Shown here piece after piece: positions 39,070 through 51,700 of a DNA stretch of 64,000 nt. Origin of the DNA: Antedon mediterranea (taxonomy: Eukaryota > Animalia > Echinodermata). The DNA lies in assembly GCF_964355755.1 (NCBI RefSeq), contig NC_092676.1:22276871-22340870 (forward strand). The letters run 5' to 3'. The notes under the pieces were generated by a model. That model was not told the DNA's origin. It saw only the letters and a program-made list of their open reading frames with translations, and ran no database searches. Position numbers and translations under genes: made by a program. The first letter of the stretch is position 1. Each line of letters starts with the position of its first letter.

Positions 39070-39490
39070 CTATTTATATATAAACATTTTTTTTTTTTAA
39101 ATGAAAGGGTCGAAAAATGGTCATTTTTTTAAATTTTGACGAATTTGTTGTTGTTTTAAAAAAATGACCAATTTTCGATCTTTTTATTTTTCGATAAAAC
39201 TGATTAATATAGCATAATTGACATGCGCAGAACCTAATATTCGACTCTGCGCATTTTCATTTTGCTATAGTAACCATTTGTGTCAAAAAATAGTTAAAAC
39301 TGGTTACTATAGCATGATTGACATGCGCAGAACCTAATATTCGACTCTGCGCATGTTCATTAGGCTATAGTAACTAATTTTATCAAAAAATGAAAGGGTC
39401 GAAAAATGGTCATTTTTCGAAATTTTCCCGGTACTATAATACAGGGATTTTTTCAAAAAATGACAAATTTTCGACCTTTTTATTTTTCGA
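39070..39490. repeat. Piece of the ~296-bp hairpin satellite
   Basis: Same TTGACATGCGCAGAACCTAATATTCGACTCTGCGCATG stem-loop units as 44.1-47.2 kb. Confidence 0.85.
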
Positions 39491-42400
39491 TGTGATTTCG
39501 ATGTAATATGTTTGGTTGAAACTTGGACAACTTATAGTGATGACTACTACATTAAGGGATATAATTGTATAAGTAAAATGCAAGAAAATTTACAACACCG
39601 TGGTAGAAATATAGGTGGAATTATGATATATTATAAAACTAATATCAAAGTTAAAGAATTACCTAGCTTATCTAAGTATATTATGTGGTTACGAATCAAA
39701 ACGGAGAACGATTCTATAATAATGGCTGTAGTTTACAGACCACCACAAAACTCCCCATATGCTAATAATAACAATTTATATGAAATACTTACAAACGAAT
39801 ACGCTGAATATTTATATAAATATAAATATAATAATAAAAATCAAATATTCATTGTTGGAGACTTCAATGGTAGAACAGGAGATTTATTGGATTATATCAA
39901 CAACGATGTATACCCAATAGATTGGGATAATGAATTATATATTGAAGATGATGAAGATAATGTAAAAATTAGAATTAATGAAGATGACGTCACGAATAAT
40001 TATGGCATAGATCTTCTCAATTTTTGTAAAGAAACGAATTTAAGAATTGCTAATGGCAGAATTAACCCAATGTATAGTAAAAGCTACACTTTCATAGGAC
40101 AACAAGGCAAAAGCGTAGTCGATTATATATTGACAAAAGCTGATAACTTCAGGTACATAGCAGATTTGAAAGTAGAAAATAGAATAGAATCTGATCATAT
40201 ACCAATTACGTTTCAATTAGGCCTACTAACTAAAGATAATATAAAAATAAAAAAATTAAATATTGAAAATTGTCCTAATCCTAAATTAAGATTACAGCAT
40301 AATAAAATCGATGAACTTAAAAATGAAATAACTAACTTGATTAATGATAACCTAATTGATGAAGCTGTTTCAACTGTAGGTAGATTGTATGAATATGCAT
40401 GTAAAGGAATTATCCATAGGAAATCCAACAATAAAACAACTAAAGCTAAAGACACATGGTATGACAATCAATGTCTTGCACTTAAAAACAAAGTTCGAAG
40501 AAGTTTAAATAGATTCCGACACAATCGTACACAAACATTGCTTAATGCTTACCTGGAAATGAAAAAAGAATATAAAACATTAATAAAAAATAAGAAATAC
40601 AGCTATATTAAAAGATCACGTACAGAATTGATTAGATCATTAGGAGAAAAAAACTCCAAATCATTTTGGATTAAACTAAAACAAACAAAACCAAATTTTC
40701 CAAGTAACATATGTATTAATACATGGTGCACTCACTTCGAATCCTTATTTCATAATGATAAAAATAGAGATAATCAAAATGTAGAAAGTATCATTAATGA
40801 TGAACCTGCTGTAAATGAAAACGAACCTAACCTAAATAATGACATTACAGTAGATGAGGTAATTCATGCCATTAAATCCCAAAAAAACAGGTAAATCACC
40901 TGGAATCGATGGATTATTACCAGAACTTTTTATACACTCATCTCAAAATATAATCAATCTAATAACAAAATTGTATAATATAATTTATAATACAGGACAG
41001 TTTCCACAGCAATGGGCAACCAGCCTTATTGTCCCAATATTTTAAAAAGGTGACAAAGAACAACCAGAGAATTATAGAGGAATATCACTTATTCCTGTTT
41101 TTGCTAAAATTTTCTTACATATTATCAATAAAAGATTACAATTTTGGGCAGAAGATAATAACATTCTACATCAGGAACAAGCCGGTTTTAGAAAGGGGTT
41201 CAGAACATCGGATAATGTATTTATTCTTAACACAATCATTAATAAATACCTAGGGAAAAAAACGTGGGAAAGTATATGTTGCTTTCATTGATTTTAAACG
41301 AGCCTTTGACTCCGTAGGACATCAATATCTTCACATAAAACTAAAAAATTCAGGAGTAAAAGGAAAAATGTTAAACGTTATTAATTCAATGTACAATAAG
41401 TTATCAGCACATGTTAAGGTCGACGGCAATATTAGTAATTCTTTCAAATGTCTAATAGGTATACAACAGGGTTCGCCACTCTCGTCCTTTTTATTTAATG
41501 TTTTTATTAATGATTTGAGTGAAACATTAAATGAGGAAGGCGACGAACATAGAATCCAAATATGAAATCTAAAAATTAATCATTTACTCTATGCAGATGA
41601 CCTTATGTTATTTGGTGATACCGTTTATGGTCTACAATATTATTTAAACAAGTTATCTACCTATTGTACAAGATGGGATGTAACTGTCAATGTTAACAAG
41701 AGTAATATTATAGTGTTTAAGAATGGTGGTAATCTTAACAAATTTGAAAAATGGAATTACAATGGAAATACAGTTGACATTGTCAAATCCTTTAAATATT
41801 TAGGAGTTGTTTTCAACTCAAATGGTAATTGGAATAAAGCCAAAGAATACAATTGTCAACAAGCTAATAAGGCTTTGTTCACATTAAAAGGATTGACCCA
41901 TAGACGTTTTGGTAACCTCCAAGTTAATATATGGAACCATATATTTGATGTTAAGATTATGCCAATCTTACTTTATGGTAGCGAAATATGGGGTTTAAAT
42001 GATATATCAGTATTAGAGAAAGTTCATCTAAGATTCTGTAAATACATTCTAGGAATAGGTAATTCTGCACCAAGTGTTGCAGTGAGAGGAGAATGTGGAA
42101 GATTCACTATCCGAATTCAAATTATCATTAATATAATTCGTTATTGGCTAAGAGTAATCCAAATGGATAATGACAAATTTATTAAACAATGTTATGATTT
42201 TCAATATAGAAAAAGCTCAAAGAAATGAGCAATGTTGGGCCAATGACGTAAAACAAATACTATGCATAAATGGATTTGGTAACATATGGTACTCACAACA
42301 GGTTAATAATATATATACTTTTATTTCAAATTTTAAACAAAGGCTTACAGACATTGAACGACAGAAATTCTACGAAGATACTAGGCTACACTCTAAGCTC

Positions 42401-42865
42401 CAATATTACAAGCACGTTAAATATAAGTTTGGAATTGAAGAATATCTAACAAAAGTAACAAATTACAAACATAGACAAATTATGACTAAGATACGACTAG
42501 GAATTTTAGAATTAGAAATTGAAAAAGGAAGATGGAATTTATAAATAGAAATGAAAGATTATGCAAATTATGTGCTTTACAATCAATTGAAGATGAATAT
42601 CATTTCACTTTAGTTTGTCCATTTTATTCAGATATTAGAACTAAATATATGTTTTTCTTTTATACAAACAACCCAACTAAATTAAAATATATTTATCTTA
42701 TGTCTGCCACAAATACTGATCTTATTGTTAAACTTGGAAAATATTTATTCTTTTCATTTAAACGTAGAACAGAATTTCTAAACGCACTCAACTGATATTT
42801 ATTTAATATTCTATTACATTGTATATTATTTGGGCCAAAGGCCATATATAATAAATGTTTCTTGG
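39491..42865 (+). mobile_element. Non-LTR retrotransposon ORF2 (APE endonuclease, RT, C-terminal CCHC), RTEX-like, 5'-truncated and degenerate
   Basis: VETW, VYRPP, GDFNGR, SVVDY, SDHIP (APE); QAGFRKG, FIDFKRAFDSV, GIQQGSPLS, YADD (RT); LLYGSEIWG...HLRFCKYILG...AVRGECGR; ERLCKLC...EDEYHF...CP. AATAAA near 42850. Several frameshifts and stops. The clade call is from recalled motifs only. Confidence 0.88.
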
Positions 42866-42886
42866 ATCTCCAAGAAAGAAGAAGAA

Positions 42887-44157
42887 GAAAAGACTGATAT
42901 TTTGAAAAGATGGACAGAGTATAGAGGGGAGCTGTTTTTTTATGTTAGACAAGCAATGCCAAGCCTTCCTGACTCTCAGAAGAAGGACCAAAGATCTTGA
43001 AAGCAGAAGTACGAACATCAATCAAGATGTGGAGGAAGAATAAGGCGGCAGGACCGGATGGTGTAGTCATTGAGATGATTGGGGCATTAGAAGAGTATGG
43101 AGTGGAAAAGTTAACTGAAGTGATCAATAAGATATATGAGGATGGAAGTTTCCCTGAGGACTTGAGTAAGTCCATTTTTATTGCCCATTCCGAAGAAACC
43201 AGGTGCTGTAGAGTGTGAAAACATCGTACAATCAGCCTCATGAGTCATGTCACCAAGGTTATTCTGAGGATACTACTTATGAGAGCAAGAAGTAGATTAA
43301 ACCCAGAGATTGGGAGTGGGCAGTTTGGTTTTGTAAAGGATTCAGGCACCAGGAATGCCATCTTTGTGACAAGAATGATAACTGAAAGGTCAGTGGAGAT
43401 GCAGAAAGATGTATACATGTGTTTCATAGACTACACCAATGCATTTGACAAAGTAAGGCATGAGCAGCTATTTCAAGAACTTAGGAAGCTTGACCTACAT
43501 GGGAAAGGATCTTCGATTGTTGCAAAATTTGTACTGGAAACAGACTGCATGCATGAGGGTAGATGGGGAGTGCAGTGACTACACAAGTATTGGAAGAGGA
43601 GTGAGACAGGGCTGTGTAATGTCACCAGACTTGTTTAACTACTATAGCGAGTTGATCTTAAGGGAGCTAGAGAATGAGAAGGGTTTGAGAGTTTGTGGTA
43701 GAAATATTACAAACATCAGATATGCAGATGACACAGTTCTACTGGCAGAGTCAGCTGAAGATCTTCAAAGGTTGCTGGATGTGGTTGTAGTAGAGAGCGA
43801 AAAGATGGGTCTGTCTATAAATTGTAGTAAGACAAGACAAGAGTGTTTAGTAGTGTCAAAAAAGGAGAGTCCAACGTGTAACCTTCGAGAAGGAGACCAG
43901 TTAATTCAGCAGGTGTCCTCTTTTAACTATCTTGGGAGCAAAATAACCGATGATGCCAGGTGTGTAACGGAGATAAAGAGAAGGATAGTCCTTGCGAAAT
44001 CCGCATTTGGAGAAATGGAGAATATCTTGAAGAACTGTGCGATGACTATGGAAACCAGGTTGCGTGTATTAAACTGCTACATCTATCCTGTGCTGATGTA
44101 TGGAAGTGAAGCAACATGATCGCCAAAGTCTCATGATATGGCACTTCAAGAGAGAGA
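42887..44157 (+). mobile_element. Second copy of the RTE-clade LINE fragment (direct duplicate of ~37798-39068)
   Basis: Offset 5089 bp from copy 1. Same frameshifts and same internal deletion, with about a dozen substitutions. Confidence 0.92.
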
Positions 44158-44159
44158 TC

Positions 44160-47100
44160 TATTTATATATAAACATTTTTTTTTTTTAATGAAAAAAATG
44201 ACCAATTTTCGATCTTTTTATTTTTCGATAAAACAGGTTACTATAGTATAATTGACATGCGCAGAACCCAACATTCGACTCTGCGCATGTTTATTTTGCT
44301 ATAGTAACCATTTATGTCAAAAAATAGTTAAAACTGGTTACTATAGCATGATTGACATGCGCAGAACCTAATATTCGACTCTGCGCATGTTCATTAGGCT
44401 ATAGTAACTAATTTTATCAAAAAATGAAAGGGTCGAAAAATGGTCATTTTTCGAAATTTTCCCTGTACTATAGTACAGGGAATTTTTCAAAATGGTCATT
44501 TTACAACCTTTTTATTTTTCGATAAAACTGGTTACTATAGCATAATTGACATGCGCAGAACCCAATATTCGACTCTGTGCATGTTCATTAGGCTATAGTA
44601 ACTAATTTTATCAAAAAATGAAAGGGTCGAAAAATGGTCATTTTTCGAAATTTTCAAAAAATGGTCATTTTACGACCTTTTTATTTTTCGATAAAACTGG
44701 TTACTATAGCATAATTGACATGCGCAGAACCCAATATTCGACTCTGCGCATGTTTATTTTGCTATAGTAACCATTTATGTCAAAAAATAGTTTAAACTGG
44801 TTACTATAGCATAATTGACATGCGCAGAACCTAATATTCGACTCTGCGCATGTTCATTAGGCTATAGTAACTAATTTTATCAAAAAATGAAAGGGTCGAA
44901 AAATGGTCATTTTTCTAAATTTTCCCTGTACTATAGTACAGGGAATTTTTTAAAAAATGGTCATTTTACGACCTTTTTATTTTTCGATAAAACTGGTTAC
45001 TATAGCATAATTGACATGCGCAGAACCCAATATTCGACTCTGCGAATGTTTATTTTTCTATAGTAACCATTTATGTTAAAAAATAGTTTAAACTGGTTAC
45101 TATAGCATAATTGACATGCGCAGAACCTAATATTCGACTCTGCGCATGTTCATTAGGCTATAGTAACTAATTTTATCAAAAAATGAAAGGGTCGAAAAAT
45201 GGTCATTTTTCTAAATTTTCCCTGTACTATAGTACAGTGATTTTTTCAAAAAATTGTCATTTTACGACCTTTTTATTTTTCGATAAAACAGGTTACTATA
45301 GTATAATTGACATGCGCAGAACCCAATATTCGACTCTGCGCATGTTCATTTTGCTATAGTAACCATTCATGTCAAAAAATAGTTAAAACTGGTTACTATA
45401 GCATGATTGACATGCGCAGAACCTAATATTCGACTCTGCGCATGTTCATTAGGCTATAGTATCTAATTTTATCAAAAAATGAAAGGGTCGAAAAATGGTC
45501 ATTTTTCGAAATTTTCCCTGTAGTACAGGGAATTTTTCAAAAAATTGTCATTTTACGACCTTTTTATTTTTCGATAAAACAGGTTACTATAGTATAATTG
45601 ACATGCGCAGAACCCAATATTCGACTCTGCGCATGTTTATTTTGCTATAGTAACCATTTATGTCAAAAAATAGTTAAAACTGGTTACTATAGCATGATTG
45701 ACATGCGCAGAACCTAATATTCGACTCTGCGCATGTTCATTAGGATATAGTAACTAATTTTATCAAAAAATGAAAGGGTCGAAAAATGGTCATTTTTCGA
45801 AATTTTCACTGTACTATAGTACAGGGAATTTTTCAAAAAATGGTCATTTTACGACCTTTTTATTTTTCGATAAAACTGGTTACTATAGCATAATTGACAT
45901 GCGCAGAACCCAATATTCGACTCTGCGCATGTTTATTTTGCTATAGTAACCATTTATGTCAAAAAATAGTTTAAACTGGTTACTATAGCATAATTGACAT
46001 GCGCAGAACCTAATATTCGACTCTGCGCATGTTCATTAGGCTATAGTAACTAATTTTATCAAAAAATGAAAGGGTCGAAAAATGGTCATTTTTCTAAATT
46101 TTCCCTGTACTATAGTACAGTGATTTTTTCAAAAAATTGTCATTTTACGACCTTTTTATTTTTCGATAAAACAGGTTACTATAGTATAATTGACATGCGC
46201 AGAACCCAATATTCGACTCTGCGCATGTTTATTTTGCTATAGTAACCATTTATGTCAAAAAATAGTTAAAACTGGTTACTATAGCATGATTGACATGCGC
46301 AGAACCTGATATTCGACTCTGCGCATGTTCATTAGGCTATAGTAACTAATTTTATCAAAAAATGAAAGGGTCGAAAAATGGTCATTTTTCGAAATTTTCC
46401 CTGTACTATATAGTACAGGGATTTTTTCAAAAAATGACAAATTTTCGACCTTTTTATTTTTCGATAAAACAGGTTACTATAGTATAATTGACATGCGCAG
46501 AACCCAATATTCGACTCTGCGCATGTTTATTTTGCTATAGTAACCATTTATGTCAAAAAATAGTTTAAACTGGTTACTATAGCATAATTGACATGCGCAG
46601 AACCTAATATTCGACTCTGCGCATGTTCATTAGGCTATAGTAACTAATTTTATCAAAAAATGAAAGGGTCGAAAAATGGTCATTTTTCTAAATTTTCCCT
46701 GTACAGTGATTTTTTCAAAAAATTGTCATTTTACGACCTTTTTATTTTTCGTTAAAACTGGTTACTATAGCATAATTGACATGCGCAGAACCTAATATTC
46801 GACTCTGCGCATGTTTTTTATGCTGTAGTAACGATTTATATATAAACAGTTTTAAAAATGGTTAATATAGCATAATTGACATGCGCAGAACCTAATATTC
46901 GTCTCTGCGCATGTCAATTATACTATAGTAACTAATTATATCAAAAAATAAAAGGGTCGAAAAATGGTCATTTTTCGAAATTTTCCCTGTATAGGAATTT
47001 TTTCAAAAAATGACCAATTTTCGACCTTTTTATTTTTCGATAAAACAGGTTACTATAGTATAATTGACATGCGCAGAACCTAATATTCGTCTCTGCGCAT

Positions 47101-47205
47101 GTTTATTACGCTATGGTAACTAATTATATCAAAAAATGAAAGGGTCGAAAAATGGTCATTTTTTTAAATTTTCCCTGTACTAAAGTACACGTTCCTGTTC
47201 TATTG
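44160..47205. repeat. ~296-bp satellite, ~10 units, built almost entirely from inverted repeats
   Basis: AAAGGGTCGAAAAATGGTC recurs at ~44890, 45186, 45482, 45773, 46069, 46365 and 46664. Each unit has two GTTACTATAG...CATGCGCAGA-loop-TCTGCGCATG...CTATAGTAAC hairpins and a CCCTGTACTATAGTACAGGG palindrome. Confidence 0.93.
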
Positions 47206-48744
47206 TTAGTCAACAGAATCTATTGTTAGTTGAAAGGCTGGTTATAACCATTACACCAAATTCGCATACACATGATTGTAGTGAAATTAGCCTAATTACA
47301 AACATATTTTTATTCCCGGTGAAATCTTATTCTTATGTAGAAGAATTTTACAGTAGGCGGAGGATGCACACTCGGAGTGCAGTTCTAGTTTTCTAGGTAT
47401 CTTTGTACTATATCGTAATTTTAGTGTTTAACGTATAACAGTAGTATTTAGCAGGGTACATTTACAAAAGTAATTTTATTAAAAATATCTTATGGTTTTG
47501 TCATCATCTATGAATTAATTACAATAATCAAAAAAACAATCTAAAATTTGTTGAATACACTTAAACCTTTCCACATTTCCATTAATAAAATGTTAACGTA
47601 TTTTATAACTTAGACCTATTTGTCTATTGAACAATAGTATAAAAGTGTTTTATTTTTTATGTTAAATTTAGAAAGCAATTAACATCTAAACACCTAAACC
47701 TATTTTCAAACAAGTACTTTGAATACTTAGTTTCATTTGAAATTCTATGGTACAAAAACCACACCTGTAGTCCTCTATTATATTTATTATATTTGATGAA
47801 GACTCAACCTTTATTTTGAGCTGTTTAAAAAAAACTTAAACCCACCCTGTAAGTGCAAATTATTTATAGAGAAATAATTTAAGGAAATAATGAAAGAAAA
47901 ATTTAAAACAAAACTTTAAAAGTCGTATATAATAGAACCATAAAATCTCTAAAGCACATTATTTTATATAAATATTCTCATTAACTACCCTGAGAGTAAA
48001 AAAGCTATTTATAAAGTAGATTGTATATTTTGTATACCATTTGTTGTAAAATATTCCTACACTATCTTGACTTTGATCAAAATCGTTAAATCTCAAGACT
48101 TTTGGCAAAAAGTTTCGAGAAAAGTTTCAGTATAGCTAAACAATGACCTTAGCCAATCAAATTCATAGAAAATCTTTTAAAAAAATGATTGCTGCCGCTA
48201 GGTGACGTATCATCTACCTAGAATAAATTTCTTTACACAATTTTATATATATTTTTGTTGCTGCATTGCGAAAAGTGGAAGGTTTAGCCTACGGAGCAAT
48301 ACACATCTTGATCATGGTTTTTTTTAAGCTAGCTGACGTACATATTTTTCTTTTCTTCCTTAAAAAATGTGTACACCCCTGTTAAATTACAATAATAAAC
48401 TACACCCTATTTTTCTTATATGTGCAAGAAGCATGACATTGTGGTTGTTAATGCTTATTAGTGCCAAAAAACTAAAATGCAGCATAACTAGTGGGTAAGC
48501 TCAGCTTTCATAAACTAAGGGTTAACTCAGTTTAGGGCATGGTAAAAAAAATGAAAAATAGGGCTGGCTTTTATGTCAGTTTTTCTTTCTTACCTAAATT
48601 AAAAATGTATAATATAAAACAATAAGACTTTCAAATTCTTAAAATATCTTTGATAGATATGTTTTTGTTCATAGCAATAAAAAGACATAAAACTATTTTG
48701 TTTATGTATGTTTTTGTGTAAAATTAGGAATTTGTAAAACTTTT

Positions 48745-51700
48745 TCATAATTCTGTTTTTCGATTCTTCTCTTCCAACATATTTGAAAGCATTTTCTGTG
48801 CTTTGTAGCGATTTAATTCCATGTAACGTAAATCGTGTGTGAACCACAATGCCATTGCACAGCGCCGTCCACTTAGAACTGGTAAAACGCCATGTAGATT
48901 TTCCTTGCCTGCAGAAAATGCTACGATACGTCCACATTTAGGTTTAACTTGAGACTGTAAGGAAATATTATATATATTAGATCCAGCTGACATATTAATG
49001 TGTAGGTCATACTGTAGGTCATCGCAAATTAAAAGCCTCCTAGTGACTTACCTGAACCTGCAATTTGTTATTTGAAAATATAAATTCCCCTCCTTCAAAA
49101 TTATCTCCCAGGTACATGATAGCACTCCAGTCCCTCCAGACAAATGCTGGTGGAACTTTGTGGCAGTTACCATCTTCATCCAATTGACAATTATCAGCAT
49201 GTACTGGGTGACTTAAATCTTGACGATCTGCTGGAGCACCTGAAAGAACAATTAAATTGGTGACTGAAGTGTGGAAGAAATGCCCCTAAATTAAGAGTAT
49301 AAAACGCATGTTTGTATTAAAAGTATCAGGGTGTATCACTTCAACCTGATCACTTTTTGACAAAGGGTTTTGACAACTTTGTGGCCTGTACAAGGATTGT
49401 TTCCACTACGCACCACTTTATGGTTTATGGTTACTTTATTGTCTTTGCTATTACATATTGTGACTTAACTAATTTCTTAAGGGTCTTTCACACCTGTCCC
49501 TGCATGGTTCCGATTGACGCCGGCAAATTAAATCGAATATCAATGTTTTGTTTTCACAACGCTATGCACCAATCGGTATCCCACGCGAAAATGAAACATT
49601 GACGTTTGATTTGATTGCCGCCACCAGACCAGAACCATGCCGGAACAGGTGAGACAGAACCTTTACACAACCAAGATATTTGTATTCATTTTGTAAACTT
49701 TTAGAAGATTTAAATTCTACTAACCTGGCTCTGTTGTGCGACATGCAAGATGAGTGTACGAATGATATAAAGGTCTTGTTAAATTAAAATATGATTCTGT
49801 AAACGCCCTAGCACGTTCACTCAGGTCTAAATAAGCTTGAGCCATAGAATGTGGAATCTTCCTTGCCCTAGCATTCTGGAAAATAAATTGAAATTTATTA
49901 TTGTATTATTAGTTGCTCTATACTCTGAAATAATGATGTACTTGGGTGGGACTCAAACTCATGACCTCCAAATCACTACAGTAGCCTGGTGTTCATACCA
50001 CTAGACCATCATGCTTGCTCTGATGACTTGTGTTGGATTAAAACCAAGGAAGCAGCGGATACTGCACCAAAATGGAACGAGGTCCCTGAAATTGGAAGGC
50101 AAACATCAAACATGCCAAGTTACAACATTATTTTACGCAATGAATGGAGTTCAATTTTGTTTTTTAAAAAAAAGCCCAGCTCAACACAGGGCAGTTCTTT
50201 CACATGGATGTTTATGGATCAAACACAAAATTTTGCAAAAAATGTTTTAGCAATGGAGAGGAATAGTGACATGGAAATATCTTGCTTTACAATTATGCAA
50301 ATTATAATAAATATTATTTGTATTGAATATTTCATTTGAAGAAGTTGAATGAGAAATAATTTATCTCATTTCAAGTTAGTTGGAGAAGCGAACACCAATC
50401 GAAAAATTTATTATATCAAAATTATAATATTGCAATGTTATAATAGAAATAAAAATACCATGGCAACAATATATGAAGTAAAAACATTCAATAAATTAAT
50501 TTATTAGCAATCAATATGATGATAGCAGAAATGTAAAAATTATTTATATAATAATTTTTCTCTTGACTAATTTAAATAATTTAAAACACAAAGTACTTAC
50601 CTTCAATTTGCCAAGAAAAGACTACTTTCACAAATTTAATAATATGACCATAAGTTTTAGTATACAGTTTTACACATTTTTGGAGGCTGAATTTCTTAAG
50701 AATTTGAGCAAGGCAATAGCAGATAAATTTCTTTTACATAGTTAATTCTGTTTTTATTCAGTCGTGATTTCCAATATGTCTAAGAACGTTCTCTTCAAAA
50801 ACTTGTTGTTCCCATTGTGTTTTTGTTATTTTATAGCTATCCCTGGTTCAAACTACATTGATTCACACATGCCAAGTACAATATTTACTCGAATAAAAGC
50901 CCTGCTTTGAACATGTGCCCTTCATGAAATATTGTTTGGAATAAACGGAAACCTTAAATAACTGTAACTCTCGATTAAACGCCCCTTAAAAACCCACCTA
51001 AACAATATTTATTTATTAATAACAACACAAATTTACAGGGCCAACTTGTAGTCATAATAAAATTCAATAATAGACCTAAAACTAAAGTTAACCTTGGTTT
51101 TGACAAAATCTAGTCACTTCTGCAAACATAAAAACATCTTTTACGAGTACAAATATACTTACGAGGACCACCTCCAAAACATCGATACCTTTAAAATTTT
51201 CATTTTCAGTGTGAGGGTGTGGATTGCCTTCATACCCATCACCGGGGTAGGCGTGGCCCTGGAAAGGAAATAATGTCAACCTGGTTATTAACAGCTGCCT
51301 ATTATTCTACGCATCTGACTACCTGAAGGAAGAAATGTTTAATTAGTAACCTCTCACCTCATCGGCCCTCCATAGACGATAGAAAACCAACTGCCAAAAA
51401 ATCTGTTACCTAATCTGCAATATAAAACTCTGACAATTTATTCAAAAGTGTTTAAATACCATACCTTTTTTCCACAGGAAAAAAATATTCTTTTCCCAGT
51501 TGAACAAAGAAAGTTATTAAAAACTTATTTTGTTATTACAAATTTTCAACCAACTTGAATAGAATATGAATTTCTTGGGGATTATATCTATTTTGCTTAC
51601 AACTTAAATTAACCAAAAGATCTAAAAATGGTACCTACCGCGCACCCAAAGGGGTAAAACTTTACACCTTTTATCTAAGCATTTTACTCACCATGGCCAC

